Below the pieces are notes generated by a model that made no database searches, was not told where the DNA came from, and saw nothing but the letters and a program-made list of their open reading frames with translations. A stretch of DNA of 62,305 nucleotides, the filler included, from Choristocarpus tenellus KU-1152 (taxonomy: Eukaryota > Protista > Phaeophyceae): NCBI GenBank assembly GCA_964200185.2. It is 11 parts of 11 records of this genome, joined end to end, with 100 filler letters (N's around TTAATTAATTAA, not from the genome) between each part and the next. Parts side by side here need not be neighbours in the genome. Positions count along the whole stretch, not along the records: positions 15,968 to 25,973 come from CAXNAD020003212.1; positions 26,074 to 29,524 come from CAXNAD020019942.1; positions 29,625 to 34,997 come from CAXNAD020011000.1; positions 35,098 to 39,327 come from CAXNAD020015572.1; 7 more parts are not named here. One strand, 5' to 3'. Of this stretch, positions 24,312 to 35,798 are shown piece by piece (position 1 is the first letter of the stretch; each line of letters starts with the position of its first letter). Both the position numbers and the translations under genes were made by a program.

Positions 24312-25840
24312 TTATTCAACAACTATTAATGGCACCTCCATTTCTACAGGAGTTGCGCCACCATGCCAACCGATCATCCTTCGGGGCTGGCCGCTCACTA
24401 GAATCTTGGGCCCTGCTGTGAATGCTTGAAAATCCCCCACGCGTTCCCTAGCCACTGGTGACAAATTGCCTGGTCCCAGGAGTTGAAGGTCCTCCACCTC
24501 ATCGGTACTGAGCAATTCAAAGTCTGCTGCAAAACGACTTGCCCGAAAACGTGCCGCAAACTCATCTTGAAGTCCGGGACGGCAGTGGAAGCAGGGGCTC
24601 CGAGGTTCTACTGTTGGAGGGTGCAGCAGACACTCCTGCAACAGCGTGTCACTCGGATCTTCTCCTAGTACAAGCTGTTCCGTTGGTGCCACAACACGAT
24701 GCCCATGATCAGCTGTGATGATCATCTGCTTCAAAGAGAAGTGTGGGTGAAGGGGACAGGAGACAAGGGCCTGGGAGGTCATAAATTGTGGCAGGGTGCG
24801 TATGGAAAATCTTTGCACACATATTGGATTCAAAATCAAAGCAGATAAAGAGATGTGAAGCGCAACTAACCATGCCCTTCTGCTCATGAATGATTTCCCC
24901 GCTCACCTTTCGTCCTGGTATATCGGAAGTGGACTCCCACAATCGTGAGAGCTCGGCATCTAAGTCTCTTAGTACATGCCCCACGTCTTCATGGTCAAAG
25001 CCGACACAATGCTCCGTATGGTCAGGCTCAGGAATGTATACGTAACAAAAGCTTGTCTCATTAACTTTGTAGGTCTCTCGCCAAAAGCTACCTAACGCGT
25101 CCATCGTACAAGCTGTTGTCTCGCATTGCTGTTTAGCCATTCCCTTTGTTGAAATTGAGGTATAGGGTGTCTTGGCATACCTTGTTTAGGTGATGAGGGG
25201 GAAGGATTGGGAGCTATGGGGAACTAAAAAATAAGTACAAGTATGTCGTAATTTCAGTGATACTCTGAAGATTCGAAGATTCACAGCACCAATACCTGGA
25301 GAACGCTACCTTCGCCTTGCGTGTCGACATCCCGAAAGATGATTCCACTCCTGCGAACACTTCCCCCATGTCCAAGCCTAACTCGCCTAGGCTAGCCATG
25401 GATCCTTCCTCTGAGTAGGGGAGAGGATTGATCAGGCGACCATTGCACTTGACTGTCCAGCCAAGCAGGCCGTGATGCGACGGGAAATCGCCTGTTGTAA
25501 GCGCAGTAATCCCAGCAGTCGTGGTGGCGGGAAACACAGAGCGTAGACTTCGACGAAAGTTACGTCGCAAGAAGGAGTCTTGAGGAAGGTGCTTCTCCAG
25601 AATATTCATTCCAAGTCCATCGAGAATGACCAGGGAAATGTGCTCCCCATGACCCACTACCTCAGCCAATTCCATTGCCTGAGGAATGCGACCATCCGTC
25701 CATCGCTTAGTCGCAACTTCAGCAGAAACTCCAGCTAAGAGAGAAATACCTCTAGTGAGGTCAACAGAATTCATGTCACCAAGGGGGTGAAGGATCAGCC
25801 CTTTGGCTAGCCATTGCTGCACTACACGAGATCCTACCAT
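24312..25840 (-). CDS. Alkaline-phosphatase-superfamily nucleotide pyrophosphatase/phosphodiesterase (PF01663-like); exons 25840-25296, 25180-24907, 24725-24312
   Basis: Metal and catalytic motifs LVILDGLG, SVFPATTTAGITALTTG..PSHHGLLGW, YIPEPDHTEH..G, IITADHG, GWHGGATPVEMEVPL; start codon tentative. Confidence 0.9.
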
Positions 25841-26073
25841 AATCGCTTTCTTACCTGGCTTACTTTCCCTACTAGGATTGAAAAACGCGAGCAAACTGAC
25901 CGCGTGTAAAGTGAGAGTTTATGAAGTAAACTGAGTTTTGTGGGCGGGAGAATTCTGGTTGGCTGGGGGCACANNNNNNNNNNNNNNNNNNNNNNNNNNN
26001 NNNNNNNNNNNNNNNNNTTAATTAATTAANNNNNNNNNNNNNNNNNNNNNNNNNNNNNNNNNNNNNNNNNNNN

Positions 26074-26139
26074 CTCATCCAGGAAGCATTCCGCTTGCTT
26101 GCCGAGGCGCCCAAAACTTTCCACCGCAAAGGTGTTGAG
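26074..26139. repeat. Copy of the repeat at 1-68
   Basis: Near-identical sequence. Confidence 0.85.
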
Positions 26140-26911
26140 GTTATTATCAAGATAAAGCTTGATGAGGGAGTTGGTTGATAGCAAGAGTCGTTCGTCCATG
26201 TTGTTTCGACGACTTAACGCCTACACTATTAATTACTTCTATGATTGAACGTGTGGAGGAGTTCCAGGTGAGAGTGCATCGTTTTCATCATGTCTTTCTG
26301 TTTATTTTTTTCATAGGTTAATCCAATTCCAGTACAAAGCGTTCCCCTTTCTCTAATGATAATATGATCATGACAATAGAAAATCGGGTGGGTAGCAATA
26401 CTAACACTAAAATGTCCAAGGGGAAAAATATTTATTCTTTAAATTTATTTCAAAATAGTAAAGAGTGTATATACAATTATTTTTGAAGATGTTGTGGGAG
26501 AACATATACCTGAAAATTTACTCCGCATCAAATTTACGTGCAAGAAAGAATCGAATATATATCTTCACCAAAGAAGGAAACGTGAGAAAAAGTTCATGCG
26601 GTAACAAACCAAGACGGTTGGGTTGCTGGATACAAGAATGGATAAATAATGTATGGTACGACCTGATGAGATTAATGCGGACTCAAACGTGTCGAAGTAG
26701 TGATTGTGGTGTTTGGATGTGTTAGGTTGAACAAGTAATCTCTTGATAGGTTACTACTGCGTGTGTGTGTAACCCACAACTCGCGGGCCTTATTCCTCCA
26801 CCCTCGCCTAGCATCTGTGCTGTATATCACAGTGGAAGCCTTTCGCCAAGCGTTTTCTGGTCACGATTTAGTGATTCCAACCGGATGGTATCTGCAAAGA
26901 ATGGGGATTAG

Positions 26912-29339
26912 ATGGGATGTTGCTCATCGATTCTGTTTTTAGCACGTAACGGCGAGGTGTGGGGCGTGGAGCTGTGTGAAGGTGGCATCGTATGGTTAGT
27001 TACATAGTCTTCTTGACTGTGGAGCTCCAGGAGTTGATCCTGATTTGCCCCAGGGCGGAACGGTCTACCACAATGGACTTTCTCGGGTTGCGATTGAATA
27101 GATGGTTGGGCAGAGAAAGAGTAAAAGTACGAGGTATTCACCCACGGTCTGGATCTGAGGATACACTTCCGCCAGCGGAAAGGTCGGTTCATGGAATGGT
27201 TCCTCACATGTAGGCCTGGCGTTTCAGTCTACTGGAAAATGCTTCCTGTTGATTATCTTCCCAAATTGTCGTGTCTCTCGTCGCCTTCTTCCAGGAGTAC
27301 TTCCAGCAAAGATAGCAAAGATGCATCTACCATCGAAACAGAATCGAGTACTACGTCTTCAGTCGTCCCGTTGGTCCTGGAGGGTCACTCAATAGGCCAT
27401 CCTAAGACCGAACAGGGGATAAAGACCCACCTTTTGGTAGCGTGTGTAACAGCCTACAACGAATCCCGGGAAGAATTGCAGGTGAAGGGGTCGTGTCAGG
27501 GATCCAGTTGTTCATATATAGCTCAACAGTTCAACTGACACTCAACACCTATCTTAACCCAGACCCTCCCCTTTGCCCCCATCAAACGGACTTCTACCAT
27601 GTACGCAGTATTGCCTTTCCACCTTCCACGGGAGGTGCACCCCAGACGTTAAAGTTGGTACGTTGTATGTTGTCCTCGATGGGTGTCCACATGCAACCGA
27701 CCAGGAAAGCAACCAGACATTTCTGTCTTTGGTTGCACTAATGAATCTAGAGGTGGGTCCCATTTTTGCTTTGTCTCTTCCCTTTCTCCTTGTTATTTTT
27801 GTATCTGCTTTCTGTTCTTCGATCGATTCTATACATAGACAAACGAGCGAACTGGACACATCAAGTGCGGCATAGGTAGTTGCTAATTCTTGATCTCAAA
27901 TTCTTGCAACGATTGTATTAGTCCTTAGAGTGTTCCTCAACAATGGCTCTCCAATGGAAGGTATCTATTCACCACATTTAACGCTAATGATTACGGTGCT
28001 GCAATCGAGTGGCATCTTCCTCATTGTGCCCCTCCGAATTCGCAGTTGTACACAGGCTCACCTCCTCCCACACGGGTGAACCTAGCCATCCTTGTGTACC
28101 ACACACACATATCTATGAGTTCACAGACACACTCAATACACTTAACTACTCCAAAGGTCTTGTCGGAAGAGGATGTACTAAAGGAGAACGGTTGCCGTGT
28201 GTACCTGGGTACAGTGGGTTTAATCAAAGCCAGGCTGTATGTGAAGGGTCCTGGACCGTTTCAAAGGAGCAAGCGAAAGTCAATTGCTGCCTTCTATGAG
28301 ATACTAGAGGACAGAATTGCGGCAGGTGTGGCAGATGTTCCTGCGGCTGTCATGCATCTTGATGGAGACACAGGAGCAGTAGAGACTGGGAGGTAAGAAA
28401 AAGGGATTTGCCATTATTGAGTGCTGATCTGGATCGGTGGGGTGAGGTATGCAGGGCTTGCAGTGCCTGCTATATGTTGTGCAGGCATTATTTTGTGTGC
28501 GAATGGCTAATTGCGTCAGCTTATCCAAGGTAGCTTATCCAAGGTAGTTTATCCAAGGTCCAGTGCCCTCTTCTTGTTGTAATCCCCCCACAATCCGCAC
28601 ATTTGCACTTGGTCCAGACCTGAGAGTGGCTTTGGCCTGCAGAATGTGGCAAAGCTGTATCGCATCATGCACAACGAACCAAACATTGGTGCTGTGGCCT
28701 CACAGGTATGCCAAGAAAAAATTAAATCGTGAATTGTAGACAATCGATGCAACTGTGGTGGTCCCTCCCATCTCTCATAAAGAGAATAGAAGGTGGCATG
28801 CCTCCAATTATTTGTTTCTTGTCTATAGACATACCGCCTGCTGTTTGAAACCCCTGCGCGGAGTTCACTGTACTCCCAAGTGTATAAACCAGTGTCTATG
28901 TGTTTTGACCACCGTTCTTGAGAGGCGTTTTTCCTTCCTTTCTTTTCTTACGGCAATCTGAGTAGCACAAAGTTGCCCCCCAGGCCTTGATGAGGGTACC
29001 CTTGAAGGGGATTGCATGAGGGTGCTGGGACGTTGCAGGTTTACCGAATTGTTTTGTCAATCCACCATGTTCCTGTTTGGGTACGCATGGCATTCCATCC
29101 CGTTATTTGACATGCGTTTCTGTGTGTTTATATCTGTTTGTGTGTGTGTGTGTGTGTGTGTGCACACGTTTTTTTTTTCCTCCCTGAGAACAGGTCCGTG
29201 TCTTGTATCGACGCAGGAACCTGCTGACCCTCATGCAGAGCTTTGACTGCAACACCACCTATGTAGGCGTTTTTGGTGGGTCCTCGCTTGTTGGACGCAG
29301 TATTGCCTGCTTTGGCATGGCTGTCATGTATCGATACAG
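26912..29339 (+). CDS. GT2 processive glycosyltransferase, chitin/hyaluronan-synthase-like, 3'-truncated by the contig end; exons 26912-26994 (tentative), 27214-27481, 27609-27752, 28157-28392, 28618-28705, 29194-29339
   Basis: Ordered motifs VACVTAYNESREELQYCL, LYVVLDG, QRSKRKS, HLDGDT (DxD), LYRIMHNEPNIGAVA, NLLTLMQSFD, G..IACFGMAVMYRY; splice phases consistent. Confidence 0.78.
28521..28559. repeat. 14-bp tandem repeat x3 (intronic)
   Basis: ttatccaaggtag(c/t) repeated. Confidence 0.8.
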
Positions 29340-29679
29340 GTAGGTGATGTTTAAAAAAAAAAAATGTTATTGGGGAGTAGTATGGTCCAAAGACGATGAG
29401 AGATGAGACCTTTTTTGAGTCGAAATGTGAAAGAGTCGGTGTCAATTTGGACCCTTAAATAAAAATAAATAAATATATATATATATATTTTTTGAGTTTT
29501 GAGGTCTTTTTTTTTTTTTAGTAANNNNNNNNNNNNNNNNNNNNNNNNNNNNNNNNNNNNNNNNNNNNTTAATTAATTAANNNNNNNNNNNNNNNNNNNN
29601 NNNNNNNNNNNNNNNNNNNNNNNNGGGTATTCCTCCCGCCCTCGTTCCCCCACCCCCCCCCCCCCCCCACTTTTTTAAC

Positions 29680-29711
<32 letters not shown>

Positions 29712-30426
29712 TACACAAGCACATGAATGCACAAGCTCGTGTCAAGGCAACAAACTGTCTTCCACAAGTTGGACGACTTGACACTCAGCTCTGTGTTTTG
29801 CCAGTAACACCATGTTAATTGCGTAACTTTTTGTGATTTGTTAACAGAACAAGTGTTAATTAAGCTTAATGTAGTTGTGAAAGTGTAACATTATCTGAGT
29901 CGTGCAGTGTTGTCCTTCTTGGACAGCAGATGTTGTAGCTATTGTGGCCCAGAGCGTTGTTCTGGGCAAGTGGCTTTATAGGGCCAAAGGTTGCTGTATG
30001 TGTCATACTTGAGAGTATGGGGTAGCGCTGTGTGGCGAAGGACTCATATTGTGTGAGGATACTTGAAAAAACACGCACCAATTTGTGGCATGTGATAGCT
30101 CTGTTACGATCTTTTTTTGTTTCTTTTATGACTGTTTTAGCAGCAACGCTTTTTTTTTAATACGTATGCGAAAAATATGTGCAAATTTTTCTTAATTTTA
30201 AGAAATAGGATTGTCGTACAGGGGCCATTTTTTTTTCTCGAGGTGTCAAATGTTCTGTGTAGTACACAATAAATTTCAAGAATCAAGATGTATTAATATT
30301 TTTAATTGTTGTAATGATAGTATAATGGTATGTTGCTTAATCTAAAAGCTCTTTTTGTATTTGATTGTCTGTGTGTGTGTGTGTGTGTATGTGTATCTTG
30401 TGTTTTTTATTTTTTTTATGATACAG

Positions 30427-33400
30427 GTAGACATGCTGATCCTAGATCGAACATTCTCATCCCTCTCTGCTTGTGCCATGAGGCTTATGGGGTCATGGAC
30501 AAAGTGGGCTATCTGGGGTTTCACAGGATGGAAGGCGGATGTGACATCAGACTACCTCGCCTGCCGATGCTACAAGGTTTGAATGCTGCCAAGGAGTGTG
30601 TGCTAATGCACAACTATTTTTAATATATATATATATATATATATATTAAATTGCACTACTGGCGCCTGTGTAATAGTGGACATAACAATAATTTTTTAGT
30701 AACTGCTAGTATTGGTTGATTGATGTAATGAGATGGTGTCTGGTAACTCTAGACTGATGGACTCTCATGGCTGATAAAATGTCAACCGATGACAACACTA
30801 TATCATGCCTGAATTATAAGACACAATAATTGATATTATAAAAGACATTGGTCATCAAATTGATCAGCTAGTATCTGAATTATAAGACACAATTAATTGA
30901 TATTATAAAAGACATTGGTCATCAAATTGATCAGCTAGTATCTGAAATAAAAAGACAAAACACACAAATTGCTGAGCTAAAATCTCAAAACCAAGAATGA
31001 AAAAAGAACAACCAGGCTACTCTTGATCTTAAGATTAAAGAATATGTTCAAGAGCTCAAACGAATTAGGACTCAACTTATAAGTACCAACTGACAACAAA
31101 CACGCCTGATAAGTATGAACCGGTTCCTCTTGACAAGCACCTGATAACCATAGGCTGGTGACACTTGACAAATGCGGAGGGTTAATTCGAACACTGCACC
31201 AAATCACCACCATATTGATTCTGTGCTATTGATAACTCCAAGGTTCTTGCGTGTGATCCGGAAGATTCCATCATCGCTGATACCGCCTCTGCCAAGGCTG
31301 GCGTGGCTGTCACTGTGGAGCTGGGTCAGTCAGCAGTAGACTTGTGCCAAGTCCCCAAGGCGAGAGCAATGCATTTTGTGATTTCTTTGGTGTTTATTGT
31401 TGATTTTTTGTTTTGTTTTCCAGTTGTCAAGTGGGAGCAGTGTTATCAATAGTAGTGTGAAGTGACAGTTGTACATTCTGTTTTACCACCCCTTTTTCCA
31501 CCCCTTCGTTAATAATAAAGTTGACCTTACTGTATCTTGTTTTTGTGTCACCCTGACCCTGGCCTATTGTGTCGGTGAGAGCCTGTATAGTTGACTCTGG
31601 AGGACATACTTGCGTCTGTGAGCGTGTGCGTTACGTATGCCTACATCGCGGTCGCACCACTGGTGGAACTTATAGTGACAGTTTGTGACGGGGTGTATTA
31701 GCAGAGGAATGCGCAAAGATTAACGTAGTGCTGAGGAAGCTGTCAGTAAGTGCCTGTCTGCTGAGGTCATTGGTCTATCTCCCTTTCATGTAGCTCCTAG
31801 TGTTTGGCGTGTGGTCTGTGAACAAAAACACTCAGTTTTTGTGTGCTTTTCTGTTGGTTTTGTTGTATACTGTGCAGGCGTATGCTATAGCAGACCACGA
31901 GAAGACGCCTCCCCCGCCAATACGAGTCCCGCTACCATTGAGCACTCAGGAGCGTCTCACAACAAACCAGATCACCCACTTCGCTGCATGCCTCAGGTGT
32001 TCTTCCCCCTCCCTCCTTCTCCTGTCCCAGCTCTCCCCACCCCCTGCTCCTTCTCCTGCCACCCTGTTTCTGCTCATTAACAAAAGGATTGTTTTTGGGT
32101 GGAGCATGTGGTGTTCAATACACGGCGTGTGGGTATTTTATTTTGTGAATGTGTGTTTGATGTGAGAGGATAGTTCTTTTCAGATTTATTGTTCTATTTA
32201 TAGGAATAATAGAAGCTATCCAGTGTTTGGTTTTTGTTAGTGTGTTGGGTAACTGTAGAGTCTCTTGTCTTCTGTGTATTGGGTGTTGAGGCTATTGGTG
32301 CGCTGTGCGATGCTTGACTAGAAAAAGAAATATTCGTCTCCTTTTTATTCTTTTTTTGATTCATGCAGTCTACTGTCCAATTGAAATATATACCCAACGG
32401 CATGCCTCTCATATGGAAAAAGAGCATCAAATGCACGCTTTAAGGGGCCTTTCCAGGCATGCAGGTACGTCTGCACACAATATATGATGTTCAAGGGGCA
32501 GGGCATGCATACAAGACATTGGTTGGGTGGGAGAACACCCCTCCATCTCCATAGAATGTGTTGACCTGTTCCCCCCCTCCCTCACTTAACCTATCCCTAA
32601 CCCTAACCTCCTGCCCATCAACATACATACACCTAATACACATTGTATGTATTTGTAGGTACATAGCCCGCAAAGCTCATCGCAAGGGAAGGGAGCATCA
32701 ACGGGCACGCTCTGCTACAAGTCAGGGAGATGATGTCGGTAGGTGTGGTCTGAAAAAAAACAACACACTTGTTACTCATATTCCCAATTTTTGTACGTTT
32801 TTATTTATATGCTGTAACATTGAAGTGTTGAGGGTGAGGTCTGTCTTAATGCTTGTCTGGTTTGTGCTTGTTTGAAGTATGATATGGCCTCTTATGTCCG
32901 TGAGTTAGGGTTAGGGTTAGGGTTAGGGTGATTGCCGTTGGTGCTCCTGCCTTGAGTGCCCTAACCCTACTGTGGGAGAAGCAGTGGTGTCAACCAGCCC
33001 TATTGGTGCAGTATAGAGTCTCAAACAAGAACAGTCTTGGGATGGTTTCAAGTGTGAAGTATGCCTATCAAAAGACCAACATTATATTGATTGTGGTGTT
33101 AGGGTTAGGGTAGACATTTTGATTTTAATACCTGGTGCCCATCATTGTACTCTCATGTTTCCTTTTTGAAGAAGAGTTTTCATAAAGATATGGGAGGGAG
33201 TGGGAGTGGGAAGTGAAGCTACTATAGGATTGCTTGCTTGTTTGTGTTGTTTACCAGTCAAAATAATAGGGTTAGGGTTAGTATGTAGCAGGAAGTACAA
33301 TCTCAAGCCTTACTACCCTGTAACAAGGTTCATAGTTGTTGTGGTTGGTATTTTATAGTAATATTCCGATTTCTTTGGTCAAAGGGTAAGGGTTGATGAT

Positions 33401-33752
33401 ATCTTCTTTTCATGATATACCGCTTGTTATTGCCTTGAGTGAATGACAGCGGCAGTACCCCCCCAAGAAGTTAGTAGGGGAGTGGGTAGTTTTAGTTGTT
33501 ACCTGTGTGTGTGTGCCTTTCTTAGGAGGTGTGGTGGGGTATAGGGTGATGGTCGTTATGTAGTGGTGCGATGAAATGGAGTCATGTTGGGCTGTTTTTG
33601 TTTCAGAGTTGACTTATTGCGGGAGGGGTAGTTTTCGATTTTGGAACATTTTTCTTTTTCGTATGTTAATGAGTCTATTTGAGCAGCATGTTGGTTTGTT
33701 CTTGTCAGCATATTCTGGTATTTGTCAGGCAGTATTTAGTGTTCAGTGGCAA

Positions 33753-33811
<59 letters not shown>

Positions 33812-34969
33812 TATGTGAGGAGGTTGCCAAGGCAGTCAGTCTGCTGTTGATGATGTGATCGGTTGATGCTGGAGTGAGCGTCAAGGAGGTATGCAAGTAT
33901 TGGGAGTAAGAGGGGTAGAGAAGTTAGCTGAGAGTGGGATAGACCAGAACCCTAACACTCTAGAAGCGAAACAAGACATGTGCAGAGGTATTGCAGGTTG
34001 TTGTAGTGTTGCTATCAGTGTAATTGAATGCCTATGACCATTGGTGGAACTGTTCGAGGCTAGATTGTTACAGTATTAATGATCTATATGTACGGCTTAA
34101 TTATATAATCAAGTAAAATACCTCTGTCCCCGCAATTGACTTTTAAAAACTCCTGTTGTGAAGGGGGAGGGGGGAGTCTCGAGGGGAGCAATGGAGATAT
34201 AGAGACGGTGGCGATGCTGGACAAGGTGGATGAGTTGGGCCTGGAGGAGGGCAGTAGTAGGCAGGCAAGAGAGGAAGGGGAGGAAGGTTCTGATGCAAAC
34301 AGCATTCAGGGGGTGAGATCGATGGGGTGTGATATATTGGGTGGTCTGAAGGAGACTGTTTCTGTGTAGTAGGCGTTGTTTTTGTATACTCAGGGTTAGG
34401 GTTATTATGTGTCTATAGACATTGTTAAGTGTACATAGATTAGATTATAAGATAACAGGCTGTGTGTAATAGTGCAGGCACCGTGGTGTTTCCCCTCAGG
34501 CAAGAGTAGGAGTGGTGTTTGTTAAGCAGAGGCTCTCTTTGGAGAGGAGTGGAGCATGCGGTATGCATCTGCAACGGTGGGATGGAGTTGTTTGAACTTT
34601 GGTAGAAGTTGGTTCTCAGTTTAGTTCTTGGAAGTTTCTTGGATTTTTCTTGTGATAGGATAGGTGAGGGGTTCGCACACAGACAACGGCATGTGAAAGC
34701 AATGTGTGTGTCTTTGTTTGTAAGCGGCAATGGTTGACTTCTATTACAAACTCCTTACTTTTTCCAAGTTTGACGCCGAACTAACTGTTACTGATTAAAT
34801 GTTTTTTGTACTCATACTACCTACTTTCACACAGGGCAGTGTGGACTTGTTTAGTCCCTTTGGGGAGGTTTGGTCAGTCCTCTCCAGGGTGGATAGCATG
34901 TGTGGACGCCTCCTCGGTCGTGCCGTGGCAAAGGGCTTTGATGATGTTCGTGCATGGGCTTGCTGCTTG
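30427..34969 (+). CDS. Alpha/beta-hydrolase-like protein, internal exons (30427-30576, 31243-31324, ~31878-31996, ~32659-32738, ~34160-34312, 34835-34969); model incomplete
   Basis: VDMLILDRTFSSLSACA..W..W..DYLACRCYK|VLACDPEDSII..ASAKAGVA resembles the post-nucleophile region of ABHD-type hydrolases; canonical splice sites; at least one connecting exon not resolved. Confidence 0.6.
30809..30945. repeat. Tandem duplication, ~66-bp unit x2 (intronic)
   Basis: ctgaattataagacacaat..gatcagctagtat repeated almost exactly. Confidence 0.9.
32905..32929 (+). repeat. Interstitial telomere-like (TTAGGG)4; shorter runs at ~32595, 33099, 33267, 34392, 47276 and 48413-48437
   Basis: Direct sequence reading. 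Confidence 0.9.
33759..33810. repeat. (GT)n microsatellite
   Basis: Direct sequence reading. Confidence 0.95.
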
Positions 34970-35097
34970 GTAATGCTTTAGGCGTAACTCTTCCCCCNNN
35001 NNNNNNNNNNNNNNNNNNNNNNNNNNNNNNNNNNNNNNNNNTTAATTAATTAANNNNNNNNNNNNNNNNNNNNNNNNNNNNNNNNNNNNNNNNNNNN

Positions 35098-35159
35098 TGG
35101 TTTTGGTCCAAATGGACACCCTGGTGTAGGCCCCCCCCCCCCCTCAGATGCTTTGGGTC
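35098..35159. mobile_element. Right end of MITE family A
   Basis: ggtccaaatggacaccctggtgtag..cccctcagatgctttgggtc. Confidence 0.8.
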
Positions 35160-35798
35160 TTTTGGAGTTGAGCGGTTGCTGTTGCTTGGATTGGTTGTGG
35201 AAGAGGGGTCATCTGTTGTGAAAATCTCGCCTTGTGTTTTAGATGGTGGTATGGAGTACGAGATGTTTCTGCGTCTACGTTATTTTTGCAAGTTTTCTGT
35301 CAGTGGCTCTTATGTCCGAGCAACACAAAGAGGGGAGGAAGAAGGTTCGTAGGTAGCATACTCTGGGTGATGTCCCTGGACAAATCATGTGCACTTGGGT
35401 TAGGGTCAGTTGTTGAGTTAGACTATGAGTCCATTGTTGTTTGCACCATATTGTATACAGGTTGTAGGGTTGGTTGTGTGAGATCAACGATCTTAGCACG
35501 GTGTGCATGGTTATGGTGGGAAGGGTTCTGCGTGCTCCAGAGCACGCAGAGTGAGTGAAGACACTACCACTGCGGCATAATGGTTGTAGAATGGGGTTGT
35601 CACAATAGGGTTGACTGTAGGACAAACACATCAAAATATCGTATTGCGAGGTGTAATTTGTCTCATCTGAGGGGGTACTATGGGGCATGGCAGTAAAAGT
35701 TTTAGAGAACGGTGGCAGAATGCACCAATCCAGATGAAATCTAGGTTGCCACCAGGCCAATAAAAGCATGCATATGAGGACACATAGACACAAACTAT

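Noticed and set aside
25840-27000. Apparent clustering of the GT2 gene with the phosphodiesterase/DUF1990/cutC genes as a polysaccharide pathway
   Set aside because: A contig linker at 25974-26073 separates them, so adjacency is not evidence of linkage.
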